Shown here piece by piece: positions 37,661-50,285 of a stretch of 64,000 nucleotides of DNA (position 1 is its first letter; every line of letters begins with the position of its first letter). The notes beneath the pieces are model-generated. The model saw only the letters and a list, made by a program, of their open reading frames with translations. It did not search any database and was not told the DNA's origin. The stretch is from Lama glama (lineage: Eukaryota): the NCBI GenBank assembly GCA_028534125.1, contig CM052817.1:71860001-71924000 (forward strand), in the 5' to 3' direction. Position numbers and translations under genes: made by a program.

Positions 37661-40639
37661 CTGTGATGCAAAATTGAAATTATACTTCCTGACCTCAAAG
37701 CTGCTTAGTAAAGAAGGAATTATCAGGCCCTCTAGAGGCACACTGTTGCCTGGGATCTTTGCTTACACTGCAGCGTCTCCAAAATGGGCCTCCACCGAAG
37801 GGAGAGTCAGAGGTTCCTGTGGGATCTGATGTCCCCACTTTCTGAAAAAGCCTGATCCTTACACGTTGCTGTGGTATTTTATCCTCACTGCTGTCCTTCT
37901 GCTTGGAACTCTGCAGCACTTTGGACAGACCCTTCCTCCACGGTGTGAAGAAGCAGCCCCAATCTAACAGTTGTTTGGCAGAGTAGGAGCAGGGCCATGG
38001 TTCCCAGAGCAACTGATGGCAGCTCTTATTTACAGAGGAAAGACTGGGATTCTGATAGTGATACTGCCTGCCCTGGTTCTGAAGGTGGGCGTGGTCTGGG
38101 TCTGTTTTAATTGTGTGTCTTGTAGTTGTTGGCATACTCTAGTTGGATAGCCTCTGGGATAAGCAAATCGAGTGGCCGAATTCTCTTAGATAGCACCCTC
38201 AGATTCTGGCCCTTTAATGAATCTTGTGCATTTTCACGATGAGCTGTAGATGAATTCAAATGTACATAGGTTCTCTTTCTCCCTTTTCTCATCTTTATAA
38301 CCCTTCTTTGATCATACTTCGCTGGGGGATGGGAAGGAAAAGGAATCTGGCTGACATCAAATTATGAATATTGGTTTAAGTTCTTAACAAGCTTGCATTT
38401 CACATGCACAGCTAACCCACAAAAGCCACTGGATTTTCCAATGAGTTAGTTTCAAATCTACAAGAATGAGGGATTTCAGCAAGGATCTCTTCCCTTATTT
38501 TCTCCTATGGGTTCAGCCACACAGCCAGGCAATAGTCAAATGGTCAGCTGCCTATTGTTGGGAAGGGAGTCCTGTGATGTTTGGCATGCACAAATTAGTA
38601 AAACATCGTACTTCAGTAGCAAGTCTGATTTTTTACCATACACTATCTTGTTTAGTCGGAACAGTAAAATGCTTTTGGGAGAGAAAATGTTATCTGTGTG
38701 AATTTAATTGGGTTAAATGATAGGAAAATTTACCTAGCGTGACTAAATACTTACTTCCACAAGAATTTCAGGACATTAGAGCCAGAAAGGATCTTAGGAC
38801 TCTCTTGATCCAATGTTTTCATTTTGCGCCTAAGAAAACTCAGGCTCAGACAGGTTAAGAACAGCTGGCTAGTAGCAGAATGGAGATTAAAATCTGGAAT
38901 GGTTTTCGTCTTGTTACCTTTCAACAAAACTTATTACCTGTCAGTTTATACACCTTAGCTTTCAAGCCTGATTTTCTTTCTTGTATCTTGACCTTAGTAC
39001 TATCAGATCTGGCCCAGATGTATTACAAAAGACAGTCAAAAGTGCACATACAGTTTGAAGACGTGTTCCAGGGCATGGGACTTGACAATGGGGAGTAGGG
39101 AAGAAGTGGAAAGGCAATGGGGAGCAGTTTTGAGTCCCTACTCTTTGCCAGATGGAAGATCATTTTATATGTATCTTAGGCGGTGCTGTGATGGGATGTA
39201 TGCTCAGTGAAGGTGGTGTGTGCAGAAGATGGGTGACATTGGGCAACGTGTAAGCGAAGAAGCATTGCTCTGAATATACATGGCTGTGTTGAATAGGAAT
39301 ACAGACATAACCAAAGCAGATAATGACCACATTTGTTGCCCCTCATCTTGTCAAATAGTTATTCAGGTTCTAGGGAAGTATATTAACTCTCAGGTTGTTA
39401 AAATACCCTATTGCACTTAATATTATAACAATAGTTTATAATTGTATTTAAATCTCTTTATAGCTACTAACCTGATAAATCTTCTCATTCGTGAAAGGTA
39501 GTTTCTTATATCTGTAGAGAAACAAATAAATATTTGAGATATAAGCTACTGCCATTGTTTCAGAGTCGCGTTTTGCATTTTTTTTCATTACAAAAATCTA
39601 GACTATTACCACACTGTACAGTGAACTGCTGATGGTGACATTTCCCCATGTCTTTCTATGCTATAGGCCTCTATTAGGTATTCTATTCTCATTCAATAAA
39701 AGCTCTTCACTGAAGATAAATGTCATTATGTTGTAATGAGTTTCAGTATCTGCTGACCTCACCTGGATTTTGGAGGGTGAGTTGGCTATGAAAGATTCAG
39801 TACCTCTTTATCCTTCTCCTGAGATACTAATTACTCATTAAATTTTCTTTTTATCCTTTTTGCTGTATTTAAAAGATTCCAAAGAAGATTTTTTGAAAAA
39901 TGAGAAACTGGGGGAAATGCCTGAGAGTGTTTCTTTAAACTTCAAACTGCAGATAGCCAAATGTGGAAAGAGATACTGCGAACTTTTTTGTCTTTATTTC
40001 ACCTGGCTGTAACTAGATCAGTTTGAAATTGGGTATTCCGAGTTTCATCCCGAAGCAAATTTCTATAGTTGTGTTATAAGCCCCTGAAAAACGGGGTTTA
40101 TGATGAAAATGTTGAAAGACTCTCAACTTTAGGACAAGGCACAACTATAATTTTACAGGCATTAGGCACCTAAAATAACTTTGTATGAAGATTACTCTGG
40201 GATTTGTCCCCCATTTTGTAGAAAATGCTTAATGTTGAACTATATTTTATGCACACAAAAAGACTTACTTCATAAGACAAGGAGCTCAAGGATTTTCATT
40301 CCAGTATTCAACAACACTATTACTAAAGAGGCCTCTTCTACCCTCATAATTGAGTGATCTTAAGTGATTTTTAAAAGAAAATATCATTCTGCTAAACTTA
40401 TATGTAAAGACATAGGTGACAGAGTGATTTAAAATTTTCAAATAGAATGTATTCCGACCACGTATTTGGTATGTCATGAAACTGAATTGACGGATCATAA
40501 TAATGTCTTAATATTCTGTTCTATAGCAGCAAAAGAAATGAGCTTTTATTTTTGTTTGTGTAAAGCAATAGCTGAAGTGCTCCTATTGGGCATACAGTGT
40601 AACAATAAAAAAAACTTTTTGTCTAATGGAAAATCCCTG

Positions 40640-41500
40640 GTGCTGGACAATCCTTGCCTGTCTTCTTTGTTAATTCATTATCCTTCTCCTTAAGTGTAGA
40701 TAAACCCAAGTCCTGGTCCCTATATTTTTCTCTTCTTTCTCTCCACTTTCTCCACTCACCTCCATGAAGATGACTCCGACATTTATATTTCTATGCCCAT
40801 CTTCATCCCCAATTGTAGAACCTTTCTTCTCTCTCCAGTCTTTATTTGGATGGATGGGGAATATTTTAAAATTCATCTTTGAAACCCAACTCATCATCTC
40901 TCCTTATCTCTTTCCACCAACTCTAAAACTTAAAAAAATCTAATATATATATATATAACTTTTAAAAATAATTTTAATGGCACCACTATCCTCCAAGTCG
41001 CTCCAAATCAAAACCCCACCATATTTCTTGAGAATCTCCTTCTGTTCTCACCTGTGCCACAACCACCCAACTTTTGCCAATTAAATCAGCTTTAACATGT
41101 ACATTGTCACACAAAAATGTCACTGCTTTTTTTCTTTCACTGCCAGCATCTTGGCTGAGAAGTTTATTGTTTCTTGCCTAGACTGTTATCATGGCCTCTT
41201 CAGCTCTAGTCTTCTCTCTTGCTTTGCTGACAGGTGAATGTCATAGTCGTACATATCTTGGGAATTGCCAGTTTCTTATTGAATTAGGTGCCAAACACTC
41301 AGCCTGATATTGCAAGTTAGGCCAAAAAGTCACCCCAATTTACACTCTGGCTTTACCTTGTATTTCCCCACTAAAGTGGGATACTTCTTACGACTGTCTT
41401 TCCTGTTCTCATTCTTCGGTTCATATTCTTTCCTCCGTGTGAAGCAACCTCCCTCTAATTTAGAAAAAATCCACATCAGATGCTACTTCATGGAACCTTT
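40640..41500 (+). mobile_element. L2 LINE fragment
   Basis: aatggcaccactatcctccaagtcgctccaa...tcttgcctagact. Confidence 0.7.
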
Positions 41501-42049
41501 TTCAACTTCTGACAGAGTGGATGAAAACTGGCCTTTCTTAGAGTGCCCTATGGGCCTTGGAATCTGCATGTCATAATTCATTTGGTCAAAGGCCATACTT
41601 TGTATGACTTCAATTCTTTTAAAGTTGTTGATGTTTGTTTCATGGCCCAGAGTACAATCTATTGTGGTTTAAAAATATGTATTGTACTGTCACTGGGTGG
41701 AGTTAGTTGATGGTTTTGTTCAAATTTTTTATATCCTTACTGACTTTTTGTCTAGTAATTCTATAACCTTACTGAGAGAGGATTTTTTTGAAATCTCTAA
41801 CCACACTTGTGGATTTTTCTGTTTTTTGTTTTAGTCCTGTTAGTTTTTGCCTGTGCATTTAAAGCTCTACAGTTAAGTGCCTACATAGTCAGTGTTGTTA
41901 TTTCTTCTTGATACATTTTAATCTTTCATTATTATTGACATGATTGAATATTATCTTGATAATATTCCTTGTACCAAAATCTACTTTATTAGTATAACTG
42001 CTCCAGCATTCTTTTGATTAGTGTTTGCATAGCTCCTCTCATCCTTCTA

Positions 42050-42690
42050 CTTTTTTTTTTAAATTGAAGTATAGTTGATTTGCAACATTCTGTTTGGTTC
42101 TGGTGTATAGGACAGTGATTCAGTTACACATATATATTCTTTTTCATTATAGGTTATTATAAGATATTGAATATAGTCCCCTGTGCTATACAGTAGGACC
42201 TTGTTGTTTACCTATTTTATATATAGTAGTTTACATCTGCTAATCCAAAACTTCTAATTTAACCCTCCCCTACTCCCCTTTCTTACCTGGTAACCATAAG
42301 TTTGTTTTCTACATCAGTGAATCTGATTCTGTTTTGTAAATAAGTTCAATTGTATCAGCTTTTAGATTCCACATATAAGTGATATCATATATTTGTCTTT
42401 TCTCTGACTTACTTCACTTAGTATGATAATCTCTAGGTCCAGCCATGTGGCTGCAAATGGCATTATTTCATTCCTTTTTATGGCTGAGTAGTATTCCATT
42501 GCATCTCTTTTTTTATCCAGGCATCTGTCACTGAATATTTAGGTTGCTTCCATGTCTTGGCTGCTGTAAATAGTGCTGCTGTGAACATTGGCATGCATGT
42601 ATCTTTTTCAATTAGAGTTTTCTCTGGATGTATGCCCAGGAGTGGGATTGCTGGATCATATAGTAACTTTATTTTCAGTTTTTTTAAAAC
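42050..42690 (-). mobile_element. 5'-truncated younger L1 (3' UTR plus ORF2 C-terminus)
   Basis: YDPAIPLLGIHP...[22 protein letters not shown]; poly(A); TSD catccttctactttt (42040-42054) / catccttttattttt (42691-42705). Confidence 0.93.
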
Positions 42691-42807
42691 CATCCTTTTA
42701 TTTTTAATAAGTGTTGTTCTTTTACTGCAAATTGTTTGGTTGCTTTTTAAAATCCAAATGTGACAATCTCTGCCTTTTATTTGTAATATATAGACTATTT
42801 ACATTTA

Positions 42808-44193
42808 TTTTTTAATTTGTCAATTTTTTACATTTTTTTATTGAGTTATAGTCATTTTACAATGTTGTGTCAATTTCCAGTGTAGAGCACAATTTTTTCA
42901 GTTATACATGAACATACATATATTCATTGTCACTTTTTTTTGCTGTGAGCAACCGTAAGATCTTGTATATATTTCCCTGTGCTATACAGTATAATCTTGT
43001 TTACCTATTCTACATTTTGAAATCCCAGTCTGTTCCTTCCCACCCTCTGCTCCCTTGGCAACCACAAGTTTGTATCCTATGTCTATGAGTCTGTTTCTGT
43101 TTTGTATTTATGTTCTTTTCTTTTCTTTTTNNNNNNNNNNNNNNNNNNNNNNNNNNNNNNNNNNNNNNNNNNNNNNNNNNNNNNNNNNNNNNNNNNNNNN
43201 NNNNNNNNNNNNNNNNNNNNNNNNNNNNNNNNNNNNNNNNNNNNNNNNNNNNNNNNNNNNNNNNNNNNNNNNNNNNNNNNNNNNNNNNNNNNNNNNNNNN
43301 NNNNNNNNNNNNNNNNNNNNNNNNNNNNNNNNNNNNNNNNNNNNNNNNNNNNNNNNNNNNNNNNNNNNNNNNNNNNNNNNNNNNNNNNNNNNNNNNNNNN
43401 NNNNNNNNNNNNNNNNNNNNNNNNNNNNNNNNNNNNNNNNNNNNNNNNNNNNNNNNNNNNNNNNNNNNNNNNNNNNNNNNNNNNNNNNNNNNNNNNNNNN
43501 NNNNNNNNNNNNNNNNNNNNNNNNNNNNNNNNNNNNNNNNNNNNNNNNNNNNNNNNNNNNNNNNNNNNNNNNNNNNNNNNNNNNNNNNNNNNNNNNNNNN
43601 NNNNNNNNNNNNNNNNNNNNNNNNNNNNNNGGGGTGCAGGTGTCTTTCTGAAGTAGGGTTCCTTCTGGATATATGTGCAGGAGCAGGATTCCTGGGTCAT
43701 ATGGTAAGTCTATGCCTAGTCTTTTGAGGAATCTCCATACTGTTTTCCACAGGGGCTGCACCAAACTGCATTCCCACCAGCAGTGTAGGAGGGTTCCCTT
43801 TTCTCCACAGCCTCTCCAGCATGTGTCATTTGTGGACTTTTGAATGATGGCCGTTCTGACTGGTGAGAGGTGGTACCTCATTGTAGTTTTGATTTGCAGT
43901 TCTCTGATAATTAGTGGTATTGAGCATTTTTTCATGTGCCTATTGATCATTTGTATTTCTTCCTTGGAGAATTGCTCATTTAGGTCTTCTGCCCATTTTT
44001 GGATTGGGTTGTTTGTTTTTTTCTTATTAAGTTGTATGAGCTGCTTATATATTCTGGAGATCAAGCCTTTGTCGGTTTCATCTTCTGCAAAAATTTTCTC
44101 CCATTCGGCAGGTTGTTGTTTGTTTTGCTTATGGTTTCCTTTGCTGTGCAGAAACGTAAGTTTAATTATGTCCCATTTGTTTATTCTTGTTTT
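42808..44193 (-). mobile_element. 5'-truncated camelid-type L1 spanning the N gap
   Basis: ORF2 C-terminus INKWD...[18 protein letters not shown]...WRFLK; TSD tagactatttacattta (42791-42807) / tagactgtttaccttta (44194-44210). Confidence 0.95.
43131..43630. other. Assembly gap, 500 N
   Basis: Direct reading. Confidence 1.
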
Positions 44194-45814
44194 TAGACTG
44201 TTTACCTTTAATGCAGTCATTAATAATCTTGAACTTAAATCAATTATCTTGCTCTTTGTATTTTATTGTTCCTATCTGTTCTTTGTTTCTTTTTCCCTTT
44301 CCTTTTGCTTTGAATATTTTATGACTCTATTTTGACACAACTAATATCAGCTTATTACATATACTTCTTTTTTTTGGTTGCTCTAGAGTTTATTACACAT
44401 ACCTCTTACTAATCAGAGTGTACCTTTACATAGTATTATGCTAATTCACATGTAGTATAAGACCCTTATCATGATATACTTTTATTTCTTCCCTTCTATA
44501 CTGCTCTTGTCATAAATGTTATTTCTCCTCATGTTCTAAATTCAGAATGCATTGCTACCGCTTTTGCTTTAGTCAATTATCTTTTAAAATAATTGAAAAT
44601 AAGAAAAATGTTTTTCATATTTATCCTAATTCTTCCTGTTTTAATTCTTTTCATTTCTTTGAGGCTTCAAATTTCCATCCGGTATGAGCATTACCAACCT
44701 TTGCTGGGAGTGGAGAGATGGGTTTTTCTCTTCTCTCTCGACAGTAGATAGCTTTTGCTTCTGCCCTCCCAGAGAAGCAGTGGACATTTGTCTGGGAGGG
44801 TGGCGTTTCTGCTCCTCTCCCAGAGCCTTAGGCTTTTACTTCACACAGGAGAAGGATCCGAGATGCAGGCAGGGCTTCATGCCCATGTTTTACTGAGGAG
44901 TGCTGTCTCAGATCCTCTGTCATGCTCCAGTCTTTCTTGTGAGCAATCAGTGGAGGCTCATGGAAAAGAGCTGGAGAATGAATATGTGCTCCCCTTGGGT
45001 CTGGATCTCCCGAGCTGTCTAAATTGTCCTTTTAGCACACAGCTGACCTTTAAAAATGTGCAAAATTTAAGTTTTTTCTTATCCACTTTTACACTGGCAG
45101 TTGCCTTCTTCCTCCTGTACTCTGGCTGAGATGAAACCGGTCGTGTATCCCATTTCTCTTCAGACGGGCATGTCATGCCTTCAAATCTAGTTCATCTGAT
45201 TGTCTTGTGCTCAGCTCTCTCCTGGGCTCAAGAAGAGCTATGATTTTGAGGGTTATCTGGTTTTTTTTTTCTTGCTGTTAGAAAAGGAGTAGTCTCTTGT
45301 GACTTTCTCAATTCTAAGAGGAACAGAACTTTGTGTCACATGAGTTTTAGTATTTGAGTGTGAACTAGGCATAAGGTTTCTGAGCAAACATGAAATACTA
45401 ATATAAAAAACAGAGATTCCTAAAACTGGTCTTTTAATATTAGTTTGTACTGAGAGGTTGGAATTGATACCCAATTCTATAATTAATATAAAGGATATCC
45501 TTGTAGTAATAAAATGATTCATTTCATTGTAATAATGTTTTTCTTTAAATTAAAAGACCATATCTGGAATCTATAGTAACTTTTTCACAAGTCAGTGAGA
45601 AGTAAACCTATTAATGTCAGGGAGTGTTTGGTATGTTGTCATTTACCTTCACGTGACACTTCCCACTCATTTTGTGGGGCAGGAAATACTTGATATTAGG
45701 AGCAGCATTTGCTGCTTAAGTGATATTTGGTGATGAATCACAATGCTTATGTGAGAACAGGAATTTTTCCCAAGTGCTTTAATTTGGTTTCCCTCCTCCC
45801 TCTATGGAAGACAA

Positions 45815-46275
45815 CGTTATGGTAAATTGAGAAATGGCCCCCCAAACGATATTCATGTCCTAATCTGTGGAACCTGTAAATGTTACCTTTTTGGAAAAAT
45901 TGTTTTTGCAAATTTGATTAGTTAAGGGTCTTGAAATGAGGAGATTATCCTGGATTATGGGAGTGGGCCCCAAGTGCCACCACAAATGTCCTTATGAGAG
46001 GTGGAGGGAGAGTAGGCACACAGAGGAGAAGATGAGAGGAAGACTGCGGTGGAGGGAGGAGGGATGTGCTGGCAACCACAGAAGCTGGACGAGGTGAGGA
46101 ACAAATTCCCCCCTAGAGCTTCGAGGGGCAGTGTGGCCCTGCTGGCCTCTTGATTCCGGCCCAGTGAAACTGATTTTAGACTTCTGGCTTCCAAAACTGT
46201 AAGAGAAGAAATTTCTGCTGTCTTCAGCCACCAAATCTGTGGTCATTTCTTACCGTGACTGTTGGAAACTATTAC
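45815..46275 (+). mobile_element. MaLR solo LTR (MLT1C/D-like)
   Basis: ggagattatcctggattat...ccacagaagctgga...gacttctggcttccaaaactgtaagag...ggaaactattaca; related to 9145-9607. Confidence 0.9.
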
Positions 46276-46879
46276 ATCATCTTAGTCTTATCTTAACAGA
46301 GGGAATTTTAACTTCTTCCCATCTTACTATTTGAAATGTCCTTTGATAAAAATCAGTTGTAGGGGGTATGTGTTTACTATGACCCACACTCAAAATGGCC
46401 ACTGATGTTTAGCTTTAAGTTGGTTAAATTTTCTAGTAATAAAGCAAGAGGGTAATTGCACTCGGCCTGGGATGGCATCACACACCTTTACAGATTACTT
46501 CAGCGAGCGATTAGATTAGGTTTTTGGATGCTTCTCCTCATCAGTCCTGATTTGAATTCATACTAGCGGTGATCTACTGGTATGTTGGAACCCCCAAACG
46601 AAAGTGACTCAAAGAGAGTCACCTATCTATTGCAGATTGTCAAACAGTTTGATACCCCTTATAGGGCGCCCTGGGCTTCACCACAGGTGCACGGCTGGGC
46701 TCTGTTCACATTTTCAGGTGTCTTTCAGTCAGTTCACAAGTTCATTCATAAGATTTTGCAAAGTGTCCAATGAAAATGAAAGCACAAATGGAAATCTCTC
46801 GAAATGTATTACCTGTTTGCTGAGAACATGATGAATTTACACTTTTATATGTCCTCACTGTGGTTCTATCTTTTATCCA

Positions 46880-48030
46880 CTTTATTTTTTTGGTGCATAG
46901 TACTTACCGTCTTCTCCGTCACTGTATAACCACTTTACTTTGTATCTGTTGTTCATCTGTCTCCTCCAATTAGAACATAAGATCTAGGAGGGCAGATCTC
47001 TTTGTTGTTGTTGTTGTTCGATGCTGTATCCACGTGCCTAAAACAGCATCTGGGACTTAGCAGGCCCTCAACAAATATTTGCATATCGAATGAGGCAAAG
47101 ATTGGCTAGACAGACCTGAAGAGGTTCATCGTTTCATCCCAGGTAGGTGTTAGCTGCGACAAATGCTAACTAAGCCCTTTTAAGAATTTCAAAGAAAATA
47201 GAAAAGTACTTTCTTTAATCACCTATCTTAGAGATTAAAAAAAATCCTCTTTGCTCTTATTTTTTCCTGATAAACTAAAACACTTAAAAGGACTCAGTTG
47301 CCCGCGAGGTTTCCGGGATGACCTCTGCCTACCTGTGTGATGCCCCTCCTACCGCTCTTGACACGCTTCATGATGCTTCAGCCACCCCGGCTCTCTTTCC
47401 CATCTCTTTTCCCACATTAGCGTGTTTGCCTTTATTCGCCTTTTTGCCTGGATCCCAGATGCTGAGCCCCAGATCTTTCCTGGCTGTCCCTGTCATGTCA
47501 TTTGGCCTCAGATCAGATATCACCTTTTCAGAGAAGATGTCTATGATCCCTTAAGCCTGTGGTTCTTAACTGGCGTGACTTTGTCCCCCAAGAGACATTG
47601 GGCAGTGTCTGGAGACAATTTTGTTTGCCACAACTTGGGAGGAGGAGGGGTTATGCTACTGGCCTCTGGGGGGAAGAGGCTAGGATGCTGCTGGACACCC
47701 TATAATGCACATGCTAGTCCTCTGCCCAGCCCCAGCTCTCACAGCAGAGAATCATCTGGCCTGAGAGGTCAGCTGTGCCAGGTCCAGGCTAACGCATCTC
47801 CCTCTCTAACACAGGCGCTTTCTTGCCACCAGTGTTGTGCTTCCTCAAAGCACTTGCCGAGAGTCAAAATTACTTTATTAATTTGTTTACTTTCTTTTGA
47901 CCATCTCTCTGGCCTACTAGAATGCAAGTTCTAGGAAAACAAGGTCCTTGTCTGTCTCATTTGAATAATATTCCCAGTGCCTGGAACTGACATCTAGTAG
48001 ACATCCAATTACTCATTGCCTAGATTAAAC
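46880..48030 (+). mobile_element. L2 3'-end fragments; the second is interrupted by MER20
   Basis: ttagaacataagatctaggagggcag...caaatatttg; ctactagaatgcaagttc...cccagtgcctggaac. Confidence 0.75.
47557..47790. mobile_element. MER20 hAT-Charlie DNA transposon relic
   Basis: gtggttcttaact...gtgactttgtccccca...gtctggagacaattttg...ctactggcctct...ggatgctgct. Confidence 0.9.
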
Positions 48031-49771
48031 ACAACTGACTGTTCTCCCCCATTCTCCACGTTATTGGAGTCACTCAGCCAGTGTCTTTTGCTTTGGACTA
48101 AAATTTTTAGATTGTTTTGCTTTTCAGTATGGGCCCCTTTCCCCTATAATTGTAACTATTTTCATTAATATCTGTAGAAGTCATATTGTCTATAGTTAAA
48201 AATCACAGAATCTAAAATTAGAATACTTGGGTTCAACAGGCCTTTAGCATTTATCTGTTCTGTGAGAACCTACCGGGAGAAGTTATTTTATTAGCTCTCG
48301 GAAAAGTTACTTTATCTTTGTGGTCTTTGGGTTTCCTTCAACAGAAGATAATACCAGTGTCTTCTCAAAGAGTTGCTTTGAAGATTAAGTGGGTAATTCA
48401 CAGGAAGCACTCGGCCCAGGAAACACACATATATTTGCTGTTATTATGATTATTATTTTATCACGGTCAAACACATAAAATTTACCATTCCAGCCATTTT
48501 TAAGTACAGTCACCTTTTTGTACAACTGTTATTATTCTATTTATCCTCTGAACCTGTATTTTATTTCTTCAGGCTTTTCTTTATGTGTGGCTCCTACTTT
48601 AGTCCCAGGATTCAAAGATGGATCCTACTGGTGCTGGGTTTAATCAGTTTGCCCATGACCCTCAGGGGGTCTGTATCACATGCTTTTGCTGCAAGCTTAA
48701 TGGTGCACATTTGTCCATTGTATTCACCAGGTTACCTGCCACGTGTTCGTCTCTGCATTAAGTGCTTTCCTAATAACATTACAGGCACCTCAGTACACAT
48801 TCTATTCTTGAGTGTATGCCCAAGAAGCACACTCACTGTAAGTATGTGCAAAATTCTTGCCACCTTCAAATTGATGGCAACAAGACACAGAAGATGAATA
48901 TCTGGTTTTATAATCCTAAAATAGAGGCTTAATAGCAAGTCATGAAAGTAAAGATTTGATTATAGAGATTAGAAGAATAGAAACTGGGTTTTATAGCAAT
49001 GAGTAACTATTAAGAATACTTCAAACACCTTGAAAGAATCCTTAAAATACCAAGGTTTAAGACAAGATCTCAATATGGGCTGAGGATTTTTCCCAAGGGA
49101 AAAAAAATACTACTCACTTAATTAAGCAACTTTTAAAAATTGTCAGTACAACGATTTAAATATAGTCTCTCAGGGTTCTACAAGAACAAATTACATGGGG
49201 AAATTAGTGCTGAGGGCTAAGAAGAAATGAAGATGTTTCTCCACAATCATGTTTGGATTATATTCAAAATGCAATTCTAATCACTCCACAATTTTTGAAA
49301 GGTTGGTGGTCGATTAGTGACCTTTCATGACAGCTTCTCAAGAGGTTAGATTTGTTGGGAAACATTAAGTGAAATTTGCAATGTAAATTTTAAAGCCTTT
49401 ATTCACTAAAACTTCTCCTGAAGTAACTGAAAGATTAGACATGTAGTCATCTGAACTAGAGTTTTAAAAACGAGTGTGTGCAGGCTGGTAAGACATTTTT
49501 ACACACGCCAGTTTGTTGCAACTCAGAACATGAGTGTGGTACATGAGGGAAAAAAAGTCTCATTAGGCTGGGAACGTGGAGCTTTCAACAGAGAAATGAG
49601 TCATGGTTTGGTGAGAGAGTAAGGAAATCCATCTGACACTTTGCCCAAGGAGTCACAGAGCACTAGTGGCCAATCGTGTCCGGAGCCCAGGTCATCTGAG
49701 CCCAGACCAGTGGCATTTCCTTTTCCCAGACCCTTCTCATCAATTACCAGGACCCTGGGAGGCCAGGCTTC

Positions 49772-50285
49772 TTTTTTTAATTTAATTTGTTTATTGAGAT
49801 AAGATTAACCTATAACATGGTATATGTTTAAGGTGTACAACGTGCTGAGTTGACATATTTATATATTGCAATATGATTACCACTGTAGCATTAGCTAATC
49901 TCTCTATCACATCACACAATTACCACTACTTTCTTGTGGTTAGAACATTTACAATCTAGTATCTTAGTAACTTTGCAGTTTCTAATACAGTATCATTGAC
50001 TATAATCTCTATGCTGTGCATTAGATCCCAGGATTTATTCATCTTCCAGTTGCAAGTCTGTCCCTTTAACAACATCTCCCCATTTCTGCCACCTTCAGCC
50101 CCTGGTAACCACCCTCTACTCTCTGTTCCTATAGGTTTGGCTTTTTTAGATTCTATATATAAGGGGGATCATACAGTATTTGCCCTGCTCTGTCTGGCCT
50201 ATTCCACTTAGCGTAATGACCTCAAGCTCCATCCTGTAGCAACAAATGGCAGGATTTCTTCCTTTACCGTGGCTGAATAATATTG
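49772..50285 (-). mobile_element. L1M(A/B) 3' end
   Basis: tttaaggtgtacaacgtg...cccctggtaaccacc...ttttagattc...ggctgaataatatt. Confidence 0.9.

Larger units (their letters stand above)
41570..44690 (-). mobile_element. Old L1M fragment interrupted by two younger L1 insertions
   Basis: Diverged L1 ORF2 antisense text (catggcccagagtacaatcta, ctccagcattcttttgattagtgtttgcat, gacaatctctgcctttta) resumes after each insertion. Confidence 0.8.

Noticed and set aside
37695..38292. 146-aa and 61-aa minus ORFs with a GTAAGG near 37860
   Set aside because: No recognisable homology and no convincing acceptor; left unassigned.
43055..44220. Long ORFs (184-370 aa) in the track
   Set aside because: Artefacts of reading through 500 Ns; the real part is a frameshifted, truncated L1 ORF2 C-terminus.
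47422..47934. 170-aa ORF
   Set aside because: Read-through of L2 and MER20 sequence.
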